Shown piece after piece: positions 1 to 13,174 of a stretch of 64,000 nt of DNA. Location of the stretch: positions 149,110,001-149,174,000 of the forward strand of contig NC_042999.1 in NCBI RefSeq assembly GCF_006345805.1, in the 5' to 3' direction. This DNA comes from Octopus sinensis. Its lineage: Eukaryota. Within the stretch, counting starts at the first letter, position 1. Each line of letters opens with the position of its first letter. The notes under the pieces are model-generated. The model was not told where the DNA came from. It saw only the letters and a program-made list of their open reading frames with translations, and made no database searches. The translations under genes were made by a program, and so were the position numbers.

Positions 1-833
1 AGGAAAACAGGAAAAAAAAAAGAGTCAAAATAAAAGAAACTGGTGTCGCTTAAGGGTACTTGGTTGTTTGTTGTGCCGTGGCTGAGAGTTGATGAATGAA
101 AATATGTTTCTTGGCTGCGTGGTGAAATAACTTAACAAAACCCGCGAACATTTAACACAATATTTTAACATGATACATAGTGACAATCTGCGTAGACCAT
201 TTACTGATAACAACAGCAATGATTACAGACTGGGAGAGAGATATTAACTCTGAGATTACTGAGAGCTATTGATACGGTAACATGCAGTTAGTCCAGCATA
301 TCTGAAATCAACTGAACTATCTTCATGGCAACGAAGGTTCTGGGTCATCTGTCCTAGGCCGTCAGGTTGGCCGTCTGCATTGGCCATCTGCTTGGCAACT
401 CATGTTACTCAGATGTCTCAACATTCTACAAAGAGTTTAGGCGCCAAAGCGACTTTTTATAGGATACAAGGTGAAGATTCTAGATTATATTTGTACCATG
501 GCTTGGCGCTGGCTGGTTTTCTTACTAGACCGATTATGTGAAACTACTGTGGTTCGGTTGCAATATCTGACAGCGTATCCAGGAATACGGTTTCGAATCA
601 TCGCTACACTGGTATCATTTTATGAGGCAATCCAACTCACTCACGTCATTGCTGTTAATTGTTTTGGAAAACAACTCGACTTTAAAACAACTTTAAAATC
701 TACTCTGAAAATAGAACATTAAAACATATACCAGGCATGTGCAACCTTTCTCGAGAAGCGGGTCACACTCGTAAAAAAGAATTCAAGGTAATTCTTCCTT
801 AGTCGTACTGTTCAGAAAGTTCTGCGGGTTACA
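1..833 (-). mobile_element. LTR-like element, running off the window start
   Basis: On the minus strand it begins TGTAACCCGC at 833 and has a TATAAAA box near 455-461. Homologous to 9530-9965. Confidence 0.5.
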
Positions 834-897
834 GTTTGACCATGGCTGAGTTATACTGTTAAAATAGTTATATACTGTTAAACTATCGCGGAAAAAT

Positions 898-1225
898 TGT
901 GAAGACGCGTGGTTTAGTGGTTAGGGTATTCGGCTGACGCTCGTAAAGTCGTGAGTTCAATTCCTGGCAACGCGTTGCGTCCTTGAGCAAGACACCTTAT
1001 TTCACGTTGCTCCAGTCTACTCGGCTGGAAAAAAATAAGTTGTACCTGTATTTCAAAGGGCTAGTCTTGTCACTCTCTGAATCTGCCTGAGAACTACGTT
1101 AAGGGTACACGTATAAGTGGAGTGCTCAGCCACTTGCACGTTAATTTCACGAGCAAGCTGCTCAGTCGATCGTATCAGCTGGGACCCTCGTCATCGTAAC
1201 CAACGGAGTGCTCCCTCTTTTTTTT
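898..1225 (+). mobile_element. tRNA-derived SINE (type G) with a CORE-like gtccttgagcaagacac segment
   Basis: A box tggtttagtgg, B box gagttcaattc. Flanked by a degenerate TSD tatcg(c/t)ggaaaa(a)t. A related 3' part lies at 14770-15165. Confidence 0.8.
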
Positions 1226-1859
1226 TATCGTGGAAAATAATGTAAGAAATGAAGATTTCAGACGTTTCATCAACAGAGAATTTATTTTCAATTCATTCAT
1301 AAAAATAACAGAAGAAAACAACTATCATGACGTGATACCGTTTTTCTTGCGCATTAGCGGTGCAGGTGAAGTAGAATAATTACAACCTGTGGAAGATTAA
1401 CCTCCTATTTATTCTACAATGTTCGCCAAGTAATTATTAAAGAATAATAAAATAAAAGAGTAATCAATCGAAAACTCGCAAGGAGACTGATTATTCATTC
1501 TTTACTTCTTTCTCACAGTTAAAGATAATAATAACGATTTCTTTACATTGCCAAGAAAAAAAGAAAGAAAGAAGCCAAGGAAGAGAGAAAAAAGAAAGAT
1601 AAACTTTAGAGTAAATGAGGAACGTTTGATGGTTCAAATAAACAATGAAGTTCGATTTATGAGCAAAATTTGGATGGGAAGTGAGCAAGTTTCTGGATTA
1701 AAAACGTAGAACAGAAAAATTCGTTGACTTTTTGCCATACAGAGCAGAATTATGTTCTCATAAGATTTATCATAACATGTCTCCTCTAGTACTTTATTAT
1801 TAGAGCTATTACGGGTAGCAGGGCACCATATTAAACACATTAGTGTGATGAATTTAATC

Positions 1860-2279
1860 AGGCGCAGGAGTGGCTGTGAGGTAAGCAGCCAGGCGCAGGA
1901 GTGGCTGTGTGGTAAGTAGCTTGCTTACCAACCACATGGTTCCGGGTTCAGTCCCACTACGTGGCACTTTGGGCAAGTGTCTTCTACTATAGCTTCGGGC
2001 CGACCAAAGCCTTGTGAGTGAATTTGGTAGACGGAAACTGAAAGAAGACCGTCGTATATATGTATATGTATATATATATGAGTGTGCGTGTTTGTGTGAC
2101 TGTATTTGTCCCTCCAACATCGCTTGACAACCGATGGTGGTGTGTTTACGTCCCCGTAACTCAGAATAAGTATTAGGCTTACAAAGAATAAGTTCTGGGG
2201 TCGATTTGTTCGACTAAAGGCGGTGCTCCAGCATGGCCGCAGTCAAATGACTGAAACAAGTAAAAGAGTAAAAGAGTAA
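1860..2279 (+). mobile_element. tRNA-derived SINE (type A) with a duplicated ~31-nt head
   Basis: Pol III boxes tggctgtgtgg and ggttcagtccc, internal (TA/TG)n, (AAAAGAGT)n tail. Full copies at 6481-6894, 50263-50640 and 62851-63257. Confidence 0.9.
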
Positions 2280-2477
2280 GGAACCATTAACTTTACGTTA
2301 GTGACGTTACCGTTTCGTAGGATCAGAATAATCAAAGATAAAGTTATCGATATGACAACTTCAGTTTTCTTCAAGAATTAGCAAGAAAAGGAAGAGTAGG
2401 TTCAATCAAATTGATTAATCGCTAGTACGATCACACTTTTCCAGAAAATAGCAGACAGCCGACTGCTAGGAAATTTG

Positions 2478-3143
2478 GAGGAGTGAATAGTCGATTACAT
2501 CGACCCAGTACTCGACTGGTGCTTGATTTATCAACCCCGAAAGGATGAGAGGTAAAGTCGACCTCGGCGGAATTTGAACTCAGAACGTAGCGGCGAGCGA
2601 AATACATATTTCTTTACTACCCACATGGGGCTAAACACAGAAAGGACAAACAAGGACAAACAAACGGATTAAGTCGATTATATCGACCTCCAGTGCGTAA
2701 CTGGTACTTATTTAATCGACCCCGAAAGGACGAAAGGCAAAGTCGACCTCGACGGAATTTGAACTCAGAACGTAGCGGCGAGCGAAATACATATTTCTTT
2801 ACTACCCACATGGGGCTAAACACAGAAAGGACAAACAAGGACAAACAAACGGATTAAGTCGATTATATCGACCCCCAGTGCGTAACTGGTACTTATTTAA
2901 TCGACCCCGAAAGGACGAAAGGCAAAGTCGACCTCGACGGAATTTGAACTCAGAACGTAGCGGCAGACGAAATACCGCTAAGCATTTCGCCCGGCGTGCA
3001 AACGTTTCTTATTTCTTGAATGCCCACAAAGGGCTACAGAGGGGACAAACAACGACAGACAAAGGGATTAAGTCGATTAGATCGACCTCAGTGCGTAACT
3101 GGTACTTAATTTATCGTGCTAACGTTTCTGCCAGCTCGCCGCC
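2478..3143 (-). mobile_element. SINE type B (central motif resembling the Nin/Deu domain) with tandemly amplified ~185-bp units
   Basis: Motif gcctttcrtcctttcggggtcgattaaataagtaccag. The unit anchor gtcgacctc recurs at 2557, 2742 and 2927. Confidence 0.85.
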
Positions 3144-3814
3144 TTTGTAAGTATATTTTCACCACCATGGATATAATCAGGAAATATGGCATACATAGAA
3201 TAATTATAAGTGAGTTTTTATTAAATTTCTTGTTGCCTATGATGAAATGAATATCAACTTTCAACTGAAAAATATTTACCTTAAAGTATAGTTAAATAAA
3301 ACATGTATATTTGCAATAAATGTATGTTAGTGTTCTAAATTTTTTCGACATAATCGCACTCTACTCTATCGAGGACTTATCTCCGAAAGTTTTGATCTCT
3401 CATGACCACTGTCATTTCCCCTTCCTCCTCAAGCAGAAAATATAACATGAAATTTTGAAGAAAAAAAAAATGAGGAAACAAAGCCGGCTCGTGTGAATTT
3501 TCCGAAATTCCTCTCCACACCATCGGAAAAAAATTTCTCCAACAAATTCCGATATAATCGGAATCTTCACAATCTGGAGCATATTTGTAGAAAATTTCAT
3601 TAAAAAAATCCATTTTGCTGAAAGTTACGAAGAAACAAAGTCGTGGAGTGGAGTACACCTGTGAGCACCGGGCAAGCTATGGGCGCTTGCTCGGGGTCCA
3701 CAAGAGTCTAGGGACTTCATGCAAATGTATGTTGCAATTGTGTTTGTAGGGTCCTCAGGACATTATTTTGTTCGGGAGCTTATAGTGTTGTTGAGGCGGT
3801 CCTAATTACTGTTT

Positions 3815-4022
3815 AGGACCTTTTTTAATTTCTTCCAACCACTTGCAGTATTTCAAATTTTCACCTCATTATTTATTTTTTTAAACGCATTCTGATAACG
3901 AAGATCGCATTCATTTTTTTTTCTAGAAATTAATAAGCAAGTTGCATCAGTAAAAAGTTTGAAAAGAACCTGGTGAAAATTTGAAATATTTTAAGTGGTT
4001 GGAAGAAATTCCACAAGATCTA
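3815..4022. mobile_element. MITE-like element with ~45-bp terminal inverted repeats
   Basis: aatttcttccaaccactt..tatttcaaattttcacc (3828-3865) is inverted at 3971-4010. Confidence 0.55.
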
Positions 4023-4137
4023 CTGTTAAGTGATCGATCGACCTGCAAGGAATAACAGCCAAATACTCCTCCAGTCACACTACCGTTTATAAAAGACACA
4101 TTAGATATGTAATCCCGCGGTATACTGTGGCAGAAAC

Positions 4138-4554
4138 CAGGGCTGGATTAAGACCCTAAGCACTTAAAAGATTTTGGTGTCCCCATAAAAGATTATGTAA
4201 TTCGAAATATAAACCATAACAAACCATAAAATTAATTTTTATTTTTCGAAACGAAACAAAAGAGTAAGAGGGAAAATAATGTTTATTTTTGTATACTTCC
4301 AATTTGTTTATGTTTGAAAAGTTCCCTCCTACTTTTTTGAATTGCAAAGTCTTTTATCAGATCTTCAAAATTAATCTTTGGTAACACATCTGCATCTATA
4401 CTTAGTAGAGATAAAGGCATCGCGAATATTATTTTAGCAAGTGTAAAGTGATTTCTTTTGTGTCGTAAACCATTTACCATTTCTGTGGTGTCCCTCCCCT
4501 TCTCTTGATGCCCAAAGCACGTGCTTATTTTGCTTAATGGTTAATCCAGCGCTG
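4138..4554 (-). mobile_element. Non-autonomous hAT transposon with a transposase dimerisation-domain remnant
   Basis: TIRs CAGGGCTGGATTAA / TTAATCCAGCGCTG and a perfect 8-bp TSD GCAGAAAC (4130-4137, 4555-4562). The minus-strand peptide LLSIDADVLPKINFEDLIKDFAIQKSRR resembles the hATC C-terminus. It interrupts an older SINE-like repeat (about 4023-4650). Confidence 0.9.
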
Positions 4555-4903
4555 GCAGAAACTGGCGGGAAGGTCGTGGTTGAATCGAAAGTGTTTTATC
4601 AGAGGTCTACTCGACAGAGCAGATCTTAAGCTAAATAACAAGGTCGTTGACGCCGCTGCTGATGGTAAAGACGACGAGACAACAATAACTAGAGCAACAT
4701 CAGCTGTTTGTGATATCAGCCTCCCCATTGCTAAAAATATCAAATATTTCACTTAAGTTGTTTGACCCAGAATTAATTCGACTTAGATTAAAATTTTCCA
4801 GTCTAGTAACTTTACCTTTAACTGCGTCTGCTTAAGTCTACATAACGTGTTTGAGTGTATATGCACGCGTGCGCGTGTATGTCTGTGCGCGCGTGTATAT
4901 ATA

Positions 4904-5084
4904 TATTCTTTTATTCTTTTATTTGTTTCAGTCATTGACAGCAGCCATGCTGGAGCACCGCCTTTAGTCAAGCAAACTGACCCCAGGACTTATTCTTTGT
5001 AAGCCTAGTACTTATTCTATCGGTCTCTATTATCAGTATCGGTTATCAAGCGACGTTGGGTGGGGGACAAACACAGACAGACAA

Positions 5085-5118
<34 letters not shown>

Positions 5119-5120
5119 AC
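4904..5120 (-). mobile_element. SINE type A, 3' half
   Basis: Matches the 3' part and tail of 1860-2279. Confidence 0.8.
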
Positions 5121-5179
5121 GACATCTCCAGCGTCATCAGATAAATATTCACAGATGGTTCCAATCTTCAGTAAATTAT

Positions 5180-5935
5180 GATTGGAGAAGACCTCACTGA
5201 ACCCTAGTCTGATCGACATGCTGTAAGCTAATGGGCGAACAAAAACAAAATGTAAAATGGAGGAAAATTTGAAATGGTGCATTTTGGAAAAAAAAGACTG
5301 CGCTCAAACAACCATATTCTCTTCCTGCATGAGAACTACTGATTGCACCCAGTGATATCAGGTACTTAGGAGTGGTTGTTGAGAGGAATCTCAACTGGAA
5401 TGTCCACATCAACAATAAAGTCGATATGGCTCGCAGGACGAGTTCCTGGATCCTCAGAACTGCCCGGGCCAGAAAACAAGGTGTCATATTTCCCCCTTTT
5501 CCCTCCTTTTTACGGCAACCCCTAGAATACTACTGCCCCTTGTGTTCCTCCATCACCAAACAAAACTTAACGAGAGTTGAGTCACCTCAGAGGGAATCAC
5601 TAAAAATATAAAAGGCATGGCGGATCTTGACTGTCGAGACCGCCTGAAAACTTTGAAACTTTATTCTCTCTAACGCCGCATCGAGCGCTACATCATTTGT
5701 ACAATGTGTGGAATATATCACCAGCAGTGTCTAAACGACCTTAACATCATTATCCATAATTCATTCAAGGCTGGGGCTGATCTTGAGAAAGTCTCATCTC
5801 TCTTCTGTCTTGGGACTCCATCAGACGTGCTGCAGCATTCTTTTGCTAATATTGAGAAAGTGAAGTAATGTTGTAGGGGGAACGTACAAATTGCGTAAAG
5901 ACAAAGATATTTACGCACGACAAAATTGAAATACA
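5180..5935 (+). mobile_element. CR1/L2-type LINE, degraded RT C-terminal fragment
   Basis: YLGVVVERNLNWNVHINNKVDMARR..WILR, PLEYYCPLCS, RVESPQR..KIKGM..L...DRLKTLKLYSL*RR resemble the CR1-group ORF2 end. Frameshifted. Confidence 0.8.
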
Positions 5936-5949
5936 CTGAAGTTAATTTT

Positions 5950-6418
5950 CAGAGAGACAGAGAGACAGAAAGATAAAGAAAGAAAGAAAGAAAGAGAGAG
6001 AGCGAGAGCGTAAGAAACAGATATAGATTTAAAGAGAGGAAGTATTGCAGAAGATGAAAATGAGAAAAAGAAGAAGAGATACATAAACAGAGAGAGAAAA
6101 GGGAAAGAATCGCTTGAAAACTGTAGACGTCAAAGGGAGTAATCGGTTGAAAACTACAGTTTTTAGAGAAAAACACACGTGAAACACTTTTTTCCCAGTC
6201 GGTTTCTCGCATTACGCGGGAGCTCTGGGCAAATGTCTTATAGTGCATGACCATCCTTGGCACATAAGTAATGTGTATGTAAAGTTTGGTAAAAATTGGT
6301 TGAAAATTGTAGAAATGCATACGTACTACACAGACAGACACAGACACACACACAGACACACAGTCACACAGAAACATACACATACACACACACATCCTTT
6401 GTTTTATATATATATAGA
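5950..6418 (-). mobile_element. Non-autonomous Helitron, 5' portion
   Basis: The minus strand begins A|TCTATATATATATAAAA at 6418 followed by a (TG)n tract, like the complete element 60813-61201. No CTAG end was found. Confidence 0.5.
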
Positions 6419-6480
6419 TTAAGTTCATATTTCTGAGCATAATCTCTTCAGAGGGGAAAAATATACACTTAGATGTTTTG

Positions 6481-6894
6481 TATACTCTTTTACTCTTTTA
6501 TTTGTTTCACTCATTTGACTGCGGCCATGCTGGAGCACCGCCTTTAGTCGAACATTTCGACTCCAGGACTTATTTTTGTAAGCCTAGTACTTATTCTATC
6601 GGTCTCTTTTGCCGAACCGCTAAGTGACGGGGAGATAAACACACCAGCATCGGTTGTCAGGCGATGTTGGGGGACACACAGACACAAACATATACACACA
6701 CACAAATATATATATACATATACATATATACGACGGGTTTCTTTCAGTTTTCGTCTACCAAATCCACTCACAAGGCTTTGGTCGGCCCGAAACTATAGTA
6801 GAAGACACTTGCCCAAGGTGCCACGCAGTGGGACTGAACCCGGAACCATGTGGTTGGTTAGCAAGCTACTTACTACACAACCACTCCTGCGCCT
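6481..6894 (-). mobile_element. SINE type A, full length
   Basis: Head ...actcctgcgcct at 6894 and tail actcttttactctttta at 6484. Confidence 0.9.
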
Positions 6895-7252
6895 ATGTTT
6901 GTAAATTCATCACAAATGGATCTACAAACAAACATACAAAACATCTAATTGTATATTTCCCCCCTCTGAAGTGATTACGCTCAGAAATATGAAGTCAATA
7001 TTTAATTAATTTCATTGTGTATAATTGAAACAGCTGTAAGGACTGATGCTCGATTTGTTGCTGATAATAAACTTTTATTAACTTCAAAATCTCCATTTTC
7101 TTCTTCTTCCCTTACATGAATATAAATTACTCACCTATTATTTTTGGGAGATTAATTCCTCCTTAAATGTTAGGTAATTAACCAATATTTCCTCGGATGA
7201 CACCATCCCTTCATGAGAGTAACATAACCTCTAACTGAATTCTCTCTCTCTC

Positions 7253-7284
<32 letters not shown>

Positions 7285-8219
7285 ACTTTTATCTTTTATC
7301 TCTGTCCTATCATGCACGAAGAGATTTATTTGCCTTTACCCATTTACACATACATATGTTCATGCACTCGGTATCTACTTAGAGATTTTTATATCTAAAT
7401 GTGCACCTCTCTCTCTCTCTCTCGACACACACACACACATTCATTATTATGCATGTATTTCTATTTTTATCTGCCAAACATACATACATACCTACTCATG
7501 TAATACACACATATGTATACATACTAAGTATCGGCGATTCTCCTCATTGTATATTGTCAGGTTAAATCAGTGTTTTTACTCCCACACAGTACTTATACTT
7601 TTACAAATTTTTGTTTCATACTAACGTGTTTATATTTAAACCTACCTGTAATGATACCGAAAAGATTATAATAGCATTTTCTTGCAAATAACATATTAAT
7701 ACCATTTCATCATCATCGGCACATTCAAACTATTATAATCATTACATAATACAGGTAAACAATAATACTAACATGTCATTAAAATTAATCACCTTATTTT
7801 AAGTACAGTTTTGAGTCAATAAATATAGTAATATCACTTTGAACATCTTACTGGGCGGGCCAAGAGTCACGCACAAAGTAGGTTCAATACACCCCGGAAT
7901 TGTCAAAGACATACTTCGATTTTTCTAAAATTGAATGACATAAGATAATGATGAGTACACACGTACTTGTACATGATGAATAAAGTTAATAATAATACTA
8001 ACATAACGAGCCAAATAGCTAGTTCTAAAATTTCTAAACGAGATATAAATGGTAACACTTCTAGACGGTAACATTTTTTGCCATTATAACATGTCTGTTC
8101 TATAAAGAACTATGTTACTACATTTTAACTACAAGAAACGTCTTTTCCTGCTGGTTAACAATACACAACCTGTATCCAATATATTGTGAGTAAGGGAACG
8201 AATCACTTCTCTAACATAA

Positions 8220-8620
8220 TCCTTTCTACTATAGGCACAAGGGCTGAAATTGTTGGGGAGAGAACTAGTCAATTACATCGACTCTGTGTTTTACTGATAT
8301 TTAATTTATCGACCTCGAAAGGATGAAAGGCAAAGTCGACCTCAGCGAAATTTGAACTCAGAACATAGCGGTGGATGAAAAGCCGCTAAGCATTTTGCTT
8401 ATTTCTTTACTGCCCACTAGGGGCTACACACAGAGGAGACAAACAAGGACAGACAAACGGATTAAGTCGATTATATCGACCCCAGTGCGTAACTGGTACT
8501 TATTTAATCGACCCCGAAAGGATGAAAGGCAAAGTCGACCTCGGGGGAATTTGAACTCAGAACGTAGCGGTAGACGAAATACCGCTAAGCATTTTGCCCG
8601 GCGTGCTAACATCTCTTTCC
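8220..8620 (-). mobile_element. SINE type B, dimeric
   Basis: Two copies of the central motif, with CpGs largely intact. Confidence 0.85.
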
Positions 8621-9529
8621 TTTAGACGAAGTCTATTCATAACATAAGCGGTTTACCGGTGCAAGAAATGAACAAACAAATTATTTGTTGATGTGTGCTA
8701 ATATCTGCCTACCAGATAGATAATTTATGAGGTGCACACAGAACAGTGAGAATGCAAACAAGATCTGTGATCGTGTTAAATTCATCGGTCCAACGTGGAT
8801 GATTTGACTGAGGAGTCACACAATAAGGTCGAAACACTACGGTGTCTCAAAGTCCCCTTATACAGTGAATCGTGTATGTTATGAACTCAGATCGTCTAAA
8901 GGGAGGAAATGTTTTCTGATGATGAAAAACAGCAGCGATCTGCTATTCACGTTCGAAGCCACTCGAACGTATTGAGAATGAATGCGTTATTGTTTGGATT
9001 GCCGCTGTTCTGCGTACATTTAATGAATGATTGATTGGAACTTATTATTGATATAGATATTAATTTCCAATAGTGATGCATTCCCTCAAATTTTGGAGCA
9101 GGAGAAATGACAATTATATCAACCTCTGTACTTGACTGGTACTTTATTTTATCAATCCTTATAGAATAAGGTTTACCATTGTGGGATTCAAATGTCAGAA
9201 ACGTAAAGAGGTGTAACTAAATGCTGCATGATACTTCAATCAACATTCAACCAGTTCTACTAATTAATCGTCTTTTTATCTGCTACGCATCATATTCTAC
9301 TTATTAACTTCTAGGTTATCCACCATTCTAACGATCCTACCAGTCCACAACCATTATATTAAGCAGTTTATTAATTCTGTCACTCTGCAGTGAATATTGT
9401 AAATATGCACACTTGAGAACAAAGGAATAATTATCGCCATCATTACTGCTTCCATTTCCTTCAGTTATTGGTTTTGTCGGGAGTGTTGCTGGCATGCCGT
9501 GTCATCAGATGTTATTGTGCTTTGTCGAT

Positions 9530-9965
9530 GCTGCTGTGGTTGGTGTTTGAGTTATAATCAATGAAAATGTTTCATGAGCTGCGTGAAGAAGTAAATGAAC
9601 GACATCCACGAACATTTAACAGAAGAAGATAAACAGCGCTGGCCTTTTACAGTTAACAACAGCAATAATTACATATTGGGTGAGAGATACTGCTCTGAGT
9701 TTACATGGCTTGCTCAACATATCTGAAAACAATTGCGCTATCTTCGTGATGACGGAAGTTTCTGGTTATCTATCTGCGCCTTCTGTCTTAGCTGCCTTCT
9801 TGGCTTGTCTGGTTGGGCCTTCTGTTAGCAAGAGTGTAGGCGCATATTGCTCAGCAACTCTTTCAACACTCTGCGATTAATTAAAAGTGGCCTTTTATAG
9901 GGCACAAAAAGGTTCTAAAGACTGAATAACGCGATGGCTTGATGTTGAGGATTGCTTAATAGACT
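9530..9965 (-). mobile_element. Diverged relative of the 1-833 LTR-like element, truncated by the adjacent insertion
   Basis: Shared blocks tgaaaat..gtttc..gctgcgtg, cgaacatttaac, aacaacagcaat.atta, catatctgaaa, ttttatagg and ctta(a/c)tagac. Confidence 0.5.
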
Positions 9966-11058
9966 TGTAGCGTAGACACGGGTGAAATTCCCCTCTCCCA
10001 TTTATTATATATACGTGCATTCGAACGTAACAGGGAACAGCTAGCCTTTGGGCGCTATTTGGATCCCGTTGTATCCACTACTCTGATTGGTTGGTATTGG
10101 CGCAATTTGTCTCTTACTCGATTGTGCCAACTGCCGTGTATAACCAGTTGGAAGCCCTAAATAAGATCACGTGGGACAACATATTTACTTTTAGCCTACA
10201 GTTCCTTATAAAAACTCAACTTTTCCTCCTTCCACTGACCACAAGACACAGCCAGTTCCAGCGACAGCCAGACAACACCACAACAACAGCCACGTTACGA
10301 CCCACCAATTTCGTCCAACAGCATTACGGCAACCCCAGTCTTCGTCGCCACATCACGTCCTTAACGTCGTCAACATCATCTCTCTACGTACACAGCTCAG
10401 CAAGTAATTCACCCAGGTTCTAACACTTCACTGTTCGTGAATTACTTCACCACGGATCAACAGCGAATATACAATCTGCATGAACTCCTGTACCAAGTGA
10501 CCCAGGCAGCAGCATCACAGCCACGACTTCATGTACGACATATACCTGTAACCGGCTCAGCGTCATGGACGCGACTTCTTCATACAGTATTTTAACTACC
10601 GTGTGCTATTGACTACGAACTGGTATCATCTTTTGTCTTTGAACTTACTTCTCACTATAGACTCTTTCACTGCCTCTTTTCTTCATTGCCATCCTTATAT
10701 GAACTTAACACACGCGTATACATCCATGCTTACACACACATACATTTTGTTCTCATGACGGCCTGTCTATTATTCTGTATACATGACGCACACACAGACA
10801 CACATTTTAACATATCAATAAATCTTCTCTTAATCATTCTACGTGGATGTGTCTCCTTTTTCCAATTTCTCTCTATTGTATGATGTGGTACAAAAGAGCC
10901 ATTCTCGTCACTTCATATTACGCGGTCCTTACAAATTGATGACCCGACTTGGAACACGCATGTCACGGTCCATTATAGACTGATCACGTAAAACTATTGT
11001 GGATCGGTCGTGATGTCGGATCGGTTACCTAGTGTTTAGGTTTCAAATCACCGCTACA
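9966..11058 (+). mobile_element. Solo-LTR-like element (1093 bp)
   Basis: Ends TGTAGCG...CGCTACA (7-bp inverted ends, TG/CA). TATAAAA near 10207 and AATAAA near 10817. No TSD (agact vs gtttc). Confidence 0.65.
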
Positions 11059-11255
11059 GTTTCTTTTGATCGAGTATAAATGACATGTATATTTTAGAAG
11101 AGGGAACATGTTTCCAAGGACATTAACAAAATAAAAGATGTCAGTTTATGTAACCGTGCGCGTGCACGCGTGTGTGCAGATCGAAACTACGTATTGGTCT
11201 GATTCAAATGCACAAAATATAGTAACTACACAATATGTTGTACGACGTTAATTCA

Positions 11256-11767
11256 CCGTAAATCCTCGTTTATAGTCCGCCCTTGAGTATAATACATAGG
11301 GGATTTTAAGGAGTTTGTACCTCTGAAAAACCTAAACCTTGTGTATAATACGCACCCCTTCTCTAACTTGAGTAAAGGAGGTCTATATAACGTCCTTGGT
11401 TTGTAAAAATTTATACGGTTACGTACCTTATTATTATTGTATATATAACATAATGCTACGTGTAGCTTTTTTTGTGCATTTTGTTTGTAGAAAATAAAGA
11501 AATAACAGTAATAACGTTTAATAAATGTTGCTTACTGCAAGTTATGGATGATTCTTTTATGACTTCATTGCTTTCAGGCTTAGCTTAAGGTATTTTCACG
11601 CCCGACATCACAAAATACGTCTGAATAAACATTGCCGAACAGCAAATTGAGACTCGGACATTGCTTAGAAAATAATTTTCATTTTTAACCTCGTATATAG
11701 AACGCACTAGGGATTTTGACCTTTAAATTTTGGGGGGAAAATGCGGATCATACTCGAGGATTTACGG
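11256..11767. mobile_element. pogo/Tc1-mariner-type MITE (512 bp)
   Basis: TIRs CCGTAAATCCTCG / CGAGGATTTACGG. TA on the right flank, CA (mutated TA) on the left. Confidence 0.8.
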
Positions 11768-13174
11768 TACTTACTGACAGGCGACATTTCATTCCTCTGA
11801 TACACCAAGTGTCACATCTGGGTGTCTCTTCATTTGTCATTTTCAGCTCAGCCATAAGCAAATAAATTCTATAAATATTTCCCCTAAAATATTTCCATCT
11901 CAAACGAGCTTGCCAGCCTTTCTCGACTTCGAGAGAAATTACAAGAACATCGTGGGTTCAGAAAATGATATCTTTTATCTGAATTGCGAGCGAGTGATTA
12001 AAACCATATCCATGTCTCATTTTAGCCCGAGCCTTCCAGCCATCAATAGCTATACGTTTTGTAAAAATCTGGCTTTTTAATCTCGTATGCCTTTTAACAT
12101 ATATATATTTTCAACTTCCTAAAATTTTTTATCCATTTTTTTTATCAATGTATAAGGAGTATAATTCTAAAAATATAGAATTGGTTTATTTATGTGCTTA
12201 TTGATAAGTCTACGTGGGTTATGTAAATATTTTTTACCGATGATTAAATCTGGATATCCGTAAATGTATACGCACGTTATCGCACGCGCGCGTACACACA
12301 CACACACACATACCCATGTACATGTACATACCCACGTACACACATACCAAACACACGTATAGACATACATGCGCACATTCATACGCACACACAAAAACAC
12401 CTCGTGTATGTATGACGCAGATATATGCATATTTTTACACACACACGTACGCACGCGCGCGCGCACACACATGCACACACGCACACACACACACACACAC
12501 GACAAGAGAACATGTACGGTTTTGATTACACTATAAAGATGAATGAAATTCAACGGGAATACAAATTCAGTCAGCGGGAGATTAACGCATGAGAAACGAA
12601 ATAGATGTCTGACCGTATTTCATTAAGATATTTTAAGATATTTTTCTCCGTCTCGTACGCATTTAAAAGACGGGATCAGTTCTATTTACTGGTTGAATCG
12701 CTTCATCTTGTTTTGCTGGAATATTCTACGAATCAGCGATAACGGGCAGAATAATCAGGGTGTCAGCTACGATCAAGAAAAGACTTCGTTACCTCCAACG
12801 CAGTCATTTGATAATTTCTTTGAGATTAGTGGCTTTTATTTTTACATTTAATGTTTTATTATATTATTATATTCATCGTATTTTTTGAATAAGAGGAACA
12901 TACTGACGTCACTGAATCGTTCGCTTTATGTTTTACATCTTGTGGCATCGCTCCAAAACTAGATAACGAGGGTGCTATCAAATCTGACATCAATGCAATC
13001 CTCTCGATATTTGCAAACCTCTCATGCAGAAATTTCATTAAGATTTTATTTTCCTTCCTACGCCCGTCTCACTTTCCACTTATCATTTACCTTATTATTA
13101 TTATTATTATATTTTTCTGGTTGTTTTATTGCTTTATTGCAACCATTTCCACACCTGTACAGGTACTTATAATA

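Noticed and set aside
898-1990. tRNA-like sequences at SINE heads
   Set aside because: A and B boxes are present, but they continue into multi-copy SINE bodies and do not form complete cloverleaves, so they are not tRNA genes.
8640-9050. CpG-rich unique stretch containing ctgatgatga, considered as a snoRNA or hammerhead
   Set aside because: No matching D box with terminal stem and no GAAA-closed stem II could be identified.
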